The notes beneath the pieces are model-generated. The model saw only the letters and a list, made by a program, of their open reading frames with translations. It was not told the DNA's origin and made no database searches. Shown here one piece after another: positions 1 to 7,315 of a stretch of DNA of 16,868 bases. Each line of letters begins with the position of its first letter. The stretch's first letter is position 1. The position numbers and the translations under genes are program-made. Source of the DNA: Candidatus Geohabitans tengchongensis (lineage in GTDB: Bacteria; Sysuimicrobiota; Sysuimicrobiia; Sysuimicrobiales; Humicultoraceae); assembly GCA_031459625.1 (NCBI GenBank), contig JAVKIH010000038.1, positions 1 to 16,868 on the forward strand. The letters are read 5' to 3'.

Positions 1-69
1 GTTCCCCAGCGCCTGCGCGCGGGCCATCACCCGCAGGCGAAATCCGTGTACACTGTCGTCGAGGGTCAT
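1..69 (-). CDS. IS481-family transposase, N-terminal fragment (truncated by window edge)
   Basis: ATG at 69 with a GGGGAGG SD upstream. It translates MTLDDSVHGFRLRVMARAQALGN..., which resembles the R-L-x-x-L-x-x-A-x-x-L-G-N-V start of the IS481 transposase HTH. Confidence 0.7.
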   Translation of the reverse strand, partial: MTLDDSVHGFRLRVMARAQALGN

Positions 70-168
70 GGGCAGTCCTCCCCGCTTCCCCACGAGGGGG
101 TAGTGTCCAACGGGAAGGATTCGTCATATGACCCTCCTCGACTGTCAACACTAGATCGAAACAGTACA
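1..168 (-). mobile_element. IS481-family insertion sequence, left end (partial; continues past window start)
   Basis: The minus strand reads TGTACTGTTTCGATCTAGTGTTGACA from 168 down, and 5'-TGT ends are typical of IS481. The mpg reading frame loses family similarity exactly here. The end could be 170 instead (TGTGTACTG). A CTAG lies next to it at 171-174. Confidence 0.75.
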
Positions 169-375
169 CACTAGGCGCCCCTGCGGCGTCGCGTGCACCA
201 GGAGATGGCCGAGCAGGTCGCGCGCCACGACCACCGTCTCCCGGGCGAAGAACGCGCGGTCGAGCGGGGCCAGGCGGCGCGGCAGGGCGTCGGCGGCGCG
301 CGGCGCGGCAGGGGAGGACGGCGCCGGCGGGCGCGGGGAGCGGGGACCGGAGGCCGGGATGCCCACGGCGGTCAC
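169..375 (-). pseudogene. mpg: DNA-3-methyladenine glycosylase (Mpg/AAG family), 5' part, interrupted by IS481-like element
   Basis: LDRAFFARETVVVARDLLGHLLVHATPQGRLV matches the Mpg N-terminus. The expected G-R-I-V-E-T-E-A-Y is replaced by IS-derived CTVSI* (stop at 151-153). Confidence 0.85.
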
Positions 376-376
376 C

Positions 377-2086
377 TCACCGCTCGTGGAGGAAGGCGCG
401 CAGCTCGCCCAGCGGCAGCGTGTTGATGACGTGGCGCGGTTCCACCCAGCCGCGGCGCGCCGTCCCCACGCCGAACTCCATGTAGCGCAGCTGGTGGCGG
501 GTGTGGGCGTCGGTGTTGATGGCCAGCCGCACCCCGGCCTCGGCGGCCAGCCGCGCGTGGCTGTCGCGCAGGTCCAGGCGCTCGGGGGCGGCGTTGATCT
601 CCAGCACCGTGCGGGTGCGGCGGGCCGCCTCGACGAGCCGCTCCACGTTGGCCTGGTAGGACTCCCGCTGCCCCAGCAGCCGTCCGGTGGGGTGGCCGAT
701 GATGTCCACGTGCGGGCTCTCCATGGCCCGGATGATCCGGCGCGTCATCTCCTCCTCGCTCATCCGGAAGTGCGAGTGCACCGCCGCCACCACCAGGTCC
801 AGGTCGGCCAGCACCTCGTCGGGGTAGTCCAGCCGGCCGTCGGGGAGGATCTCGCACTCGGTGCCCATGAGGATGGCGATCCCCACCCGGTCCTCCAGGC
901 GGCGGACGCGCCGGGCGTGCTCCCGCAGCTCCTCCACCGTCACCCCGCCGGCGAACTTCAGGGACTGGGAGTGGTCGGTGATGGCGATGTACTCGTACCC
1001 GCGCGCCTTGGCCGTCTTGGCCATGGTCTCCGCCGAGTCGGAGCCGTCGCTCCAGGTGGTGTGCATCTGCAGGTCGCCGCGGATGTCCCCGAGCTCCACC
1101 AGCCGGGGCAACCGCCCCTGCTCGGCCAGCTCGATCTCTCCCTGGTCCTCGCGCACCTCCGGCGGGATCCAGGGCAGCCCCACGGCGGCGTAGACCTCCT
1201 CCTCGGTGCGCCCGGCCACCAGGCGCTCGTCCTTCACCCGGAAGACGCCGTACTCGTTGAGCTTCAGCCCGCGGCGCACGGCGCGCTCGCGCAGCTTCAC
1301 GTTGTGCTCCTTGCTGCCGGTGAAGTACTGCAGGGCGGCGCCGAAAGCCCGCGGCTGGACCACCCGCAGGTCGGCCTGGATCCCCTCCCGCAGCAGCACG
1401 CTCGACTTCGTCGTCCCCCGGGCCAGCACCCGCTCCACCTGGGGCAGCGTCGTGAAGACCTCCATCACCCGGGCGGGGTGGCGGCTCGTCACCAGCAGGT
1501 CGATGTCCCCGATGGTCTCCCGGTAGCGGCGGATGGAGCCGGCCAGGCTGAGCTGCTGCACCTCGGGCAGCGCCCGCAGCGCCTCCTCGATGGCCTTGGC
1601 GTGCGGCAGCACCGTGCCCAGCGGGTGGCGGGCGGCGCTGCGCCGCAGGAGCTCCAGGCCCTTCAGGATGTTCGCCTCGGTCTTCGCCCCCATGCGCGGC
1701 AGCGTGCGCACCCGTCCCTCCCGGCAGGCCCGCTCCAGCTCGTCCAGGGTCCGGATGCCCAGCCGCTCGTAGAGCAGCAGGGCGGTCTTGGGCCCCACCT
1801 CCGGCACGCGCATCAGCTCGGTGATGCCGGCGGGGAGCTTGGCCCGCAGCTCCTCGTAGGCGGCGATGCGGCCGGTCTGCAGGTACTCCTGGATCTTCTG
1901 CGCGATGGACTCGCCCACGCCCGGGATCTTCTCCCCGCGCGCCAGCGCCTCGGCCACGTCCTCGGCCAGGGACTCCAGGGCGCGGGCCGCGCGGCGGTAG
2001 GCGGCCACGCGGAAGATGGACTCCTGCTGGATCTCCAGCATGTCCGCCATCTCGCTGAAGATCCGGGCCAGCTCGAGGTTGCGCAC
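377..2086 (-). CDS. polX: DNA polymerase/3'-5' exonuclease PolX (PolX core + PHP domain), 569 aa
   Basis: GTG start (MRNLELARIFSEMADMLEI). Polymerase motifs FRVAAYRRAA, GSIRRYRETIGDIDLL, ADLRVV and YFTGSKEHN. PHP motifs DLQMHTTWSDG, TDHS, HPTGR and NTDAH. Confidence 0.95.
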   Translation of the reverse strand: MRNLELARIFSEMADMLEIQQESIFRVAAYRRAARALESLAEDVAEALARGEKIPGVGESIAQKIQEYLQTGRIAAYEELRAKLPAGITELMRVPEVGPKTALLLYERLGIRTLDELERACREGRVRTLPRMGAKTEANILKGLELLRRSAARHPLGTVLPHAKAIEEALRALPEVQQLSLAGSIRRYRETIGDIDLLVTSRHPARVMEVFTTLPQVERVLARGTTKSSVLLREGIQADLRVVQPRAFGAALQYFTGSKEHNVKLRERAVRRGLKLNEYGVFRVKDERLVAGRTEEEVYAAVGLPWIPPEVREDQGEIELAEQGRLPRLVELGDIRGDLQMHTTWSDGSDSAETMAKTAKARGYEYIAITDHSQSLKFAGGVTVEELREHARRVRRLEDRVGIAILMGTECEILPDGRLDYPDEVLADLDLVVAAVHSHFRMSEEEMTRRIIRAMESPHVDIIGHPTGRLLGQRESYQANVERLVEAARRTRTVLEINAAPERLDLRDSHARLAAEAGVRLAINTDAHTRHQLRYMEFGVGTARRGWVEPRHVINTLPLGELRAFLHER

Positions 2087-2088
2087 GG

Positions 2089-2595
2089 CTAGAGGCGGCG
2101 GTCGGGGCCGACGGGCGGGATGGCCGGGATGGCCTGGTGGATGGCGCGCATGAGCTGGCGCTGGGCCTGCAGCAGCGGCGCGCCCAGCCGGGAGGCGCGG
2201 ATGTCGCGGGTGAAGGCCTCGCCCCTGGGCGTGGCGGCCAGCAGGCCCACCACGACGAGAGCCACGGCCGCGCCGCGCACCAGGCCCAGCAGCGCTCCGG
2301 CGAGCTGCCCCTCCACCCGCGGGCGCCGGGCCGTGCCCACCACGGCGTTGGCCACTAGGCTGAGGATGGTGTACAGGCCGAGCAGCACGATCCCAAACGC
2401 GATGGTGCGCGCCCACGCCGCCTCCAGCGGCAGGGAAGCCACGCCCTCGGCGTAGAGCGGCAGCAGCGCGGCGGCCCCGATGAACGCGAGCACGGCGATC
2501 AGGGCGCCGAGCAGCGCCGACGGCCAACCGCGCAGGACCCCCTGGATGACTCCCAGCAGCAGGAAGGCCACAGTCAGCCAGTCGATCCAGGTCAT
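2089..2595 (-). CDS. cvpA: CvpA-family (colicin V production) membrane protein, 168 aa
   Basis: MTWIDWLTVAFLLLGVIQGVLRGW..., about 4 hydrophobic segments, and LAGALLGLVRG. Its position between pheT and polX matches Bacillus yshB. Confidence 0.85.
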   Translation of the reverse strand: MTWIDWLTVAFLLLGVIQGVLRGWPSALLGALIAVLAFIGAAALLPLYAEGVASLPLEAAWARTIAFGIVLLGLYTILSLVANAVVGTARRPRVEGQLAGALLGLVRGAAVALVVVGLLAATPRGEAFTRDIRASRLGAPLLQAQRQLMRAIHQAIPAIPPVGPDRRL

Positions 2596-2684
2596 GGCGA
2601 CACCCCTGGTGTCCGACGTCGGGTGCGACGGTCTCCTCCGCCTCCACTCTAGTCCACGCCGCGCGGGGCAGCGACAGGCGCGGG

Positions 2685-4793
2685 TCAGGTGCGCGGCCGG
2701 GCGCCGAACTGGCCGGCCAGCGCCTCGGCGACGGCGCGTACCGCCGCTTCCGCCTCCTCGGCGGTCAGGGTGCGGTCGGGCGCGCGGAAGCGCAGCCGGA
2801 AGGCCAGGCTGCGGTGGCCCGGCGGCACCGGCGGCCCGGTGTAGACGTCGAAGAGCTCCGCCCGCTCCAGGTAGGGCCCGGCGGCCCGGCGGATCACCTC
2901 GGCGAGGACGGCGTGCGGGACGCCCTCCTCCACCACCACCGCCAGGTCGCGCTCCACCGCCGGCAGGCGCGGGGGCGCCAGGTAGACCGGCCGCTCGCGC
3001 ACGTGAGGGAGGAGGGCGTCCAGGTCCACCTCGGCGGCGTAGACCGGCCCGTGCAGGTCCCAGGCCGCCGCCACCGCCGGGTGGAGCTCGCCCAGCACAC
3101 CCACCGGCTGCGGCCCGTCCGGGGTCTGCAGCACGAGCCGGGCGGTGCGGCCGGGGTGGAGCCAGGCGGCCTGCGAGGGCTCCACGCGCGCCGCCAGGCC
3201 CAGCTCTTCGGCCACCGCCTCCAGCACCCCCTTCAGGTCGAAGAAGGTGACGCCCGCCTGCTGGGGCGGCTCGTTCCACCCCTGGCGCAGCGGTCCCGCC
3301 ATCACCACGCCGAGCGCGCGCCGCTCCTCGATGCCCCCGTCGTCCGATCCGCCGGCCCCACCCGCGCCGCTGGCGGCGTTGCGGTCCCGGAGGCGGAAGA
3401 CCCGCCCGATCTCGAAGAGGTGGATCGCCTCCACCCCGCGGGAGCGGTTCACGCGCACCGCCTCCAGCAGTCCCGGGACGACCATCGTGCGCAAGTGGGT
3501 GAGGTCGGCCATGAGGGGGTTGAGGAGGGGCACGGCGGCGCGGGCCGGGTCGTCGGGGGGCAGGTGGAGCCGGTCGAAGACCTCCGGCGAGATCAGCGAG
3601 AGCGTCAGCGCCTCGCTGAGGCCGGCCCGGATGAGCAGGTCGCGCACCCGCGCCTCCCGCCGCACCTCCGGCGGGTAGCTGCCGGGTCGGGTCGGACCCA
3701 CCGGCAGCGTCTCGGGGATGCGGTCGTAGCCGTGGTGGCGCGCCACCTCCTCGATGAGGTCTTCCTCGCGCTCCAGGTCGATGCGCCCCGGCGGCGGGGT
3801 GACCCGCAGGACGTCCCCCCGGACCTCCAGCGTGCATCCCAGCCGGCGGAAGATCGCCACCACCCCCTCGCGCGGCGGCGCGATGCCGAGCAGGCGGGGG
3901 ATGCGGGCCAGCCGCAGCACGATGGGCACGACCCGGGGCGGGCGCGGGTAGACGTCGAGGACGGCGCGCACCTCCCCACCCGCCACCTCACAGAGCAACG
4001 CGGCGGCCCGCCGCGCCGCGTCCAGCACGAGGCGCGGGTCGACCCGCCGTTCGAAGCGGGCGGAGGACTCGGTGCGCAGCCCCAGCGCGCGCGCCGTGCG
4101 CCGGATGGCGGGGGCGTGCCAGCTGGCGGCCTCGAGCAGCACGGCGCGGGTGTCGGGCGTGATCTCGGTCTCCAGCCCGCCCATGATCCCGGCCAGCCCC
4201 ACGGCGCGCTCGGCGTCCGCCACCACGACCGCCCCCGCCGGCAGCGTCCGCTCCACGCCGTCCAGCGTGACCAGGCGCTCCCCCGGCCGGGCCAGGCGGA
4301 CGACGATGCGGGGGCCGGCCAGCCGGTCCAGGTCGAAGGCGTGCATGGGCTGGCCCTGCTCCAGCATCACGTAGTTGGTCACGTCCACGACGGTGTTGAT
4401 GGCGCGCACTCCCGCCGCCTCCAGGCGCCGCACCATCCACGGCGGCGAGGGCCGCACGCGCACGCCGGTGATGACGTGCGCGGTGAAGCGCGGGCAGCGG
4501 TCCGGCACCTCCACCGTGACGTCCACCTCGGCGCCCCCCTCGGCCAGGGGGAGGTCGGGGACGGCCGGCAGCGTGGGCTCCACGCGCAGCGCCGCCGCCA
4601 CCTCGCGGGCGATCCCCACGAGCCCCAGCAGGTCGGGGCGGTTGCTGGCCACCTCCAGCACCAGCACCGGCTCGCCGTCATGGGTCTCCACCGGCGCGTG
4701 CCCGAAGCCGAGCAGCGCCAGCCGGTCCATCAGCGCCTCCGGGGGGTCGGTCAGCGGCACGAGCTCGCGCAGCCAGGTGTAGGGGACGCGCAT
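2685..4793 (-). CDS. pheT: Phenylalanine--tRNA ligase beta subunit, short form (702 aa)
   Basis: MRVPYTWLRELV, NRPDLLGLVGIAREV, VDVTNYVMLEQGQPMHAFD, LRTESSARFER, DLIEEVARHHGY, and a C-terminal FDX-ACB domain (RDLAVV...LFDVYTG...SLAFRL...RTLT). Confidence 0.97.
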   Translation of the reverse strand: MRVPYTWLRELVPLTDPPEALMDRLALLGFGHAPVETHDGEPVLVLEVASNRPDLLGLVGIAREVAAALRVEPTLPAVPDLPLAEGGAEVDVTVEVPDRCPRFTAHVITGVRVRPSPPWMVRRLEAAGVRAINTVVDVTNYVMLEQGQPMHAFDLDRLAGPRIVVRLARPGERLVTLDGVERTLPAGAVVVADAERAVGLAGIMGGLETEITPDTRAVLLEAASWHAPAIRRTARALGLRTESSARFERRVDPRLVLDAARRAAALLCEVAGGEVRAVLDVYPRPPRVVPIVLRLARIPRLLGIAPPREGVVAIFRRLGCTLEVRGDVLRVTPPPGRIDLEREEDLIEEVARHHGYDRIPETLPVGPTRPGSYPPEVRREARVRDLLIRAGLSEALTLSLISPEVFDRLHLPPDDPARAAVPLLNPLMADLTHLRTMVVPGLLEAVRVNRSRGVEAIHLFEIGRVFRLRDRNAASGAGGAGGSDDGGIEERRALGVVMAGPLRQGWNEPPQQAGVTFFDLKGVLEAVAEELGLAARVEPSQAAWLHPGRTARLVLQTPDGPQPVGVLGELHPAVAAAWDLHGPVYAAEVDLDALLPHVRERPVYLAPPRLPAVERDLAVVVEEGVPHAVLAEVIRRAAGPYLERAELFDVYTGPPVPPGHRSLAFRLRFRAPDRTLTAEEAEAAVRAVAEALAGQFGARPRT

Positions 4794-4805
4794 GGCGGCA
4801 GAACC

Positions 4806-5807
4806 TCAGAACTGCCCCAGCAGGCGCAGGTCGTTCTCCCAGAAGAGGCGCAGGTCGGGAATGCCGAAGCGCACCAGCACGGTGCGGTCGGCGAAGCCGC
4901 CGAAGGCGAAGGCCGTGTAGCGCTCCGGGTCGATCCCCGCCATCTCCAGCACGCGCGGGTGGAACATCCCGCACCCGCCCAGTTCCAGCCACCCGTCCCC
5001 GTACGCCACCGCCACTTCCGCGCTGGGTTCGGTGAAGGGGAAATAGGAGGGCTGGAAGCGCACGCGGGCCTGCGGCCCGAAGAGCTCGCGGCAGAAGGCC
5101 ACCAGCACCCCCTTGAGGTCGGCGAAGGTCACCCCCTCGTCCACCATGAAGCCGTCGATCTGGTGGAAGACCGGCATGTGGGTGGCGTCCACGGGGTCGC
5201 GCCGGTAGCACCGCCCCAGCGTGACGACGCGCATGGGCGGCCGGCGCTGCGGCATCACGCGCGCGTCCACCGCCGTGCACTGGGTGCGCAGCAGCAGGCG
5301 GTCGGTGAGGTAGAAGGAGTCCTGCTCGTCGCGGGCCGGGTGGTCGGCGGGGATGTTCAGGCGCTCGAAGTTGAACGCCTCGCTCTCCACCTCGGGGCCC
5401 TCCACGACGTCGAAGCCCATGCGCACGAAGATGTCGCGCGCCTCCTCCAGGGCGGCCCGCAGGATGTGGGGACGGCCGAGCCGCGGGCGCCGCCCCGGCA
5501 GCGTGACGTCCAGGCGCTCCGCCGCCAGCCGGCGCGCCAGCGCCTCCTGCCCCAGCGCCGCCGCCCGGGCGGTCAGCGCCGCCTCCAGCGCCGCCCGCGC
5601 GGTGTTGAGCGCCTCCCCGGCGGCCCGGCGCTCCGCCTCCGGGAGGGCCGGCAGCCGACGGAAGCATTCGGCCAGCTGCCCGCGCCGCCCCAGGTAGGCC
5701 CGGCGCACCGCCTCCAGCGCCTCCGGGTCGGACGCGGCGGCGATCTCGCGCTCGGCGCGCGCGCGCAGCGCCGCGATGGTCTCCATCAGGTCACGGACCT
5801 CACGCAC
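4806..5807 (-). CDS. pheS: Phenylalanine--tRNA ligase alpha subunit (start GTG 5807, or ATG 5786)
   Basis: RLDVTLPG, NFERLNIPADHPARDEQDSFY, GRCYRRD-DATHMPVFHQ, SYFPFTEPSAE, WLELGGCGM, IPDLRLFWENDLRLLGQF. It lies directly upstream of pheT and downstream of a Phe T-box. Confidence 0.96.
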   Translation of the reverse strand: MREVRDLMETIAALRARAEREIAAASDPEALEAVRRAYLGRRGQLAECFRRLPALPEAERRAAGEALNTARAALEAALTARAAALGQEALARRLAAERLDVTLPGRRPRLGRPHILRAALEEARDIFVRMGFDVVEGPEVESEAFNFERLNIPADHPARDEQDSFYLTDRLLLRTQCTAVDARVMPQRRPPMRVVTLGRCYRRDPVDATHMPVFHQIDGFMVDEGVTFADLKGVLVAFCRELFGPQARVRFQPSYFPFTEPSAEVAVAYGDGWLELGGCGMFHPRVLEMAGIDPERYTAFAFGGFADRTVLVRFGIPDLRLFWENDLRLLGQF

Positions 5808-5820
5808 GCAACGACCCCCC

Positions 5821-5860
5821 AGAAACAACGATCGCGCTTCCGTCCAGGGACGAAAGCGCG
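5821..5860 (-). terminator. T-box leader terminator hairpin
   Basis: Minus-strand CGCGCTTTCGTC-CCTG-GACGGAAGCGCG (5860-5833) is followed by ATCGTTGTTTCT. Its 5' arm overlaps the antiterminator 3' strand (CGTCCC). The U-tract is weak. Confidence 0.75.
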
Positions 5861-6169
5861 CGCTTCCGCGGTACCACCCGCTTCCCGCCGGCGCACCGGC
5901 CGGCGGACACCTCGTTGCTCCGGTCACGGTGGAGCCCCGGCGGGACTACCCACGGCGCCGGGTACGCGGCACCGCTTCACCCCGCGGCTTGGGAGGGAAC
6001 TTCCGGCCGGGACCGCCGCGGAGGCTTCCACCCGGCCCGGCCACAGCCCGGGCTGCGGCGGGCGCGACCTCCGCTCTCTCCGCCCCGGGCCCGGACAGAC
6101 GCCTGTCCGCGCGCCCGGCGGCTCCCCGGCGGCCGTCAGGGACCCGGCCGTACTCTCTCCCGCATCGCC
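5833..6169 (-). ncRNA. T-box riboswitch, Phe-specific (specifier UUC)
   Basis: T-box AAGCGGGTGGTACCGCGG at 5883-5866. Stem I base GGCGATGCGGGAG/CTCCCAAGCC. Loop-E AGTA/GAA is followed by TTC at 5999-5997. AG bulge AGAGAG and apical GGTGGAA are present, as are Stem II (GAA...GTA) and an F-box-like CCGTGA. UGGU fits discriminator A. Confidence 0.95.
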
Positions 6170-6191
6170 TGGCTGGTGCAGCCTCGCCGAA

Positions 6192-6308
6192 TCAGTTCAG
6201 CGAGAGCTCGGCCACGAGCCCGCGCAGCAGGCGCCGGTAGGCCAGGTAGGCCCAGATCGACCCGGTGGACTCGAAGATGCGCCAGAACACCTCAGACGAC
6301 CAGGTCAT
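6192..6308 (-). CDS. YqzL-like small protein, 38 aa (not in the supplied ORF track)
   Basis: MTWSSEVFWRIFESTGSIWAYLAYRRLLRGLVAELSLN* contains the W-x-x-F-x-x-T-G-x-I-x-x-Y-L-x-Y pattern of YqzL. Codons are GC3-rich and there is an upstream GAGGTG. Confidence 0.8.
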   Translation of the reverse strand: MTWSSEVFWRIFESTGSIWAYLAYRRLLRGLVAELSLN

Positions 6309-6338
6309 CCGCGCGCCGTGCACCTCGATGGTGGCGCT

Positions 6339-6367
6339 AGTATACACCGGGCCCCCGGCACTGACAA
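6339..6367 (-). promoter_or_regulatory. sigma70/sigmaA-type promoter for yqzL-like/T-box/pheST
   Basis: TTGTCA (6367-6362), 17-nt spacer, TATACT (6344-6339), standing out in GC-rich DNA. Confidence 0.8.
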
Positions 6368-6456
6368 CGCGCGCCCGCCCGCAGGACGCAGTGCGCGCGC
6401 CTCGGCGCGCCCGCTCGTAGGAGGCGTCCTGCGCGCCCGGCCCGGCGCGCCCGCCC

Positions 6457-7281
6457 TCACCGGCCCGGCGGGTCGCGGCCCGGTCCAGGGGCGCGGGCCG
6501 GTCCAGGGGCGCGGGCCGCCGCCTCGTAGAGGACGAGGGCCGCCGCCACCGCCGCGTTCAGCGACTCCGCCCGGCCGTAGATCGGCACGCGCACCACCTG
6601 CGCCGCCTGCGCCCGCCACAGCGGATCCACCCCCGCCCCCTCGTTCCCCACCACCAGGGCGAGCGGCCGGCGGTAGTCGGCCTCGCGGAACGCCACCGCG
6701 CCCTCGGGGTCGAGGACCACCACGCGCACGCCGCGGCGGCGCAGCGCCTCCACCAGCGCCGGACCGTCGGCCTGGAGCACCGGCAGGTGGAAGAGGGACC
6801 CCATGGTCCCGCGCACGACCTTGGGGTGGTAGGGGTCGGCGCCGCCCCGCAGCAGCGCCACGGCGTGGGCACCGGCCGCGTCGGCCACGCGGATGAGGGT
6901 CCCGGTGTTGCCGGGATCCTGGAGGCGGTCCGCCACCACCAGCAGGAGGTCGGGGCGGTCGAGGACGTCGGGGGGCGGCGGCGGAGGCAGGCGCACCACC
7001 GCCAGGATCCCCTGCGGGGTCTCCACGCCGCTGGCCGCCGCCAGCACGTGCGGCGCCACCAGGGTCACGGGGATGCCGCGAGCGGTGGCGGCGTCCGCCA
7101 CCGCCCGGGCGCGCGCTCCGGCGTCCTCGGCCAGGAGCACGCGCTCGACGCGCGCGGCGGCCAGGGCCTCCTCCACCAGCCGCACCCCGTCCACCAGGAA
7201 CTGCCCGGCGGCGGCGCGCCCGCGCCGCTCGTGCAGGCGGCGCAGCGCGCGGACGAGCGGGTGGCGGGTGGAGGTGATCAC
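6457..7281 (-). CDS. TrmH/SpoU-family RNA 2'-O-methyltransferase (YsgA/TsnR-like)
   Basis: MITSTRHPLV, ETPQGILAVV, LQDPGNTGTLIRVADAAG, VRGTMGSLF, VVGNEGAGV, VPIYGRAESLNAAVAA. Its position upstream of pheS matches B. subtilis ysgA. Confidence 0.93.
   Translation of the reverse strand: MITSTRHPLVRALRRLHERRGRAAAGQFLVDGVRLVEEALAAARVERVLLAEDAGARARAVADAATARGIPVTLVAPHVLAAASGVETPQGILAVVRLPPPPPPDVLDRPDLLLVVADRLQDPGNTGTLIRVADAAGAHAVALLRGGADPYHPKVVRGTMGSLFHLPVLQADGPALVEALRRRGVRVVVLDPEGAVAFREADYRRPLALVVGNEGAGVDPLWRAQAAQVVRVPIYGRAESLNAAVAAALVLYEAAARAPGPARAPGPGRDPPGR
6480..6515 (+). repeat. 18-bp tandem duplication (CCGGTCCAGGGGCGCGGG x2) in the methyltransferase 3' end
   Basis: Exact copies at 6480-6497 and 6498-6515, encoding ARAPGP-ARAPGP on the minus strand. 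Confidence 0.85.
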
Positions 7282-7315
7282 CCGGACGGGGTCGCCACCA
7301 CGGCGCCCGGGCCGG

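Noticed and set aside
1..127. Upstream ATG at 127 with GGAGG in the IS481-like end (possible leader ORF)
   Set aside because: It is out of frame with the transposase and has no recognisable product. The SD-like bases are explained as the arm pairing with the transposase start.
1051..1075. PolX PHP motif QMH instead of HxH
   Set aside because: Gln at this position occurs in other PolX enzymes (from recall, Thermus PolX), and the remaining metal ligands are present.
2599..2613. Small hairpin GACACC-AGG-GGTGTC over the cvpA SD
   Set aside because: A 6-bp stem is expected by chance at this GC content, and there is no supporting evidence.
2087..2647. N-terminal extension of PolX in the ORF track
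   Set aside because: It overlaps cvpA in another frame. PolX similarity begins at GTG 2086.
5808..5927. N-terminal extension of PheS in the ORF track
   Set aside because: It runs through the T-box antiterminator and terminator, which are non-coding.
6480..6515. 18-bp tandem repeat as a CRISPR or regulatory array
   Set aside because: Only two adjacent copies with no spacers, in frame within a protein tail. No CRISPR array or cas gene is visible in the window.
2814..6896. 1360-aa plus-strand ORF (and similar long ORFs at 359-2092, 8336-10456, 7278-9704, 12212-13843)
   Set aside because: These are antisense or off-frame shadows of well-supported genes, caused by stop-codon scarcity in high-GC DNA. 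They show no recognisable motifs.
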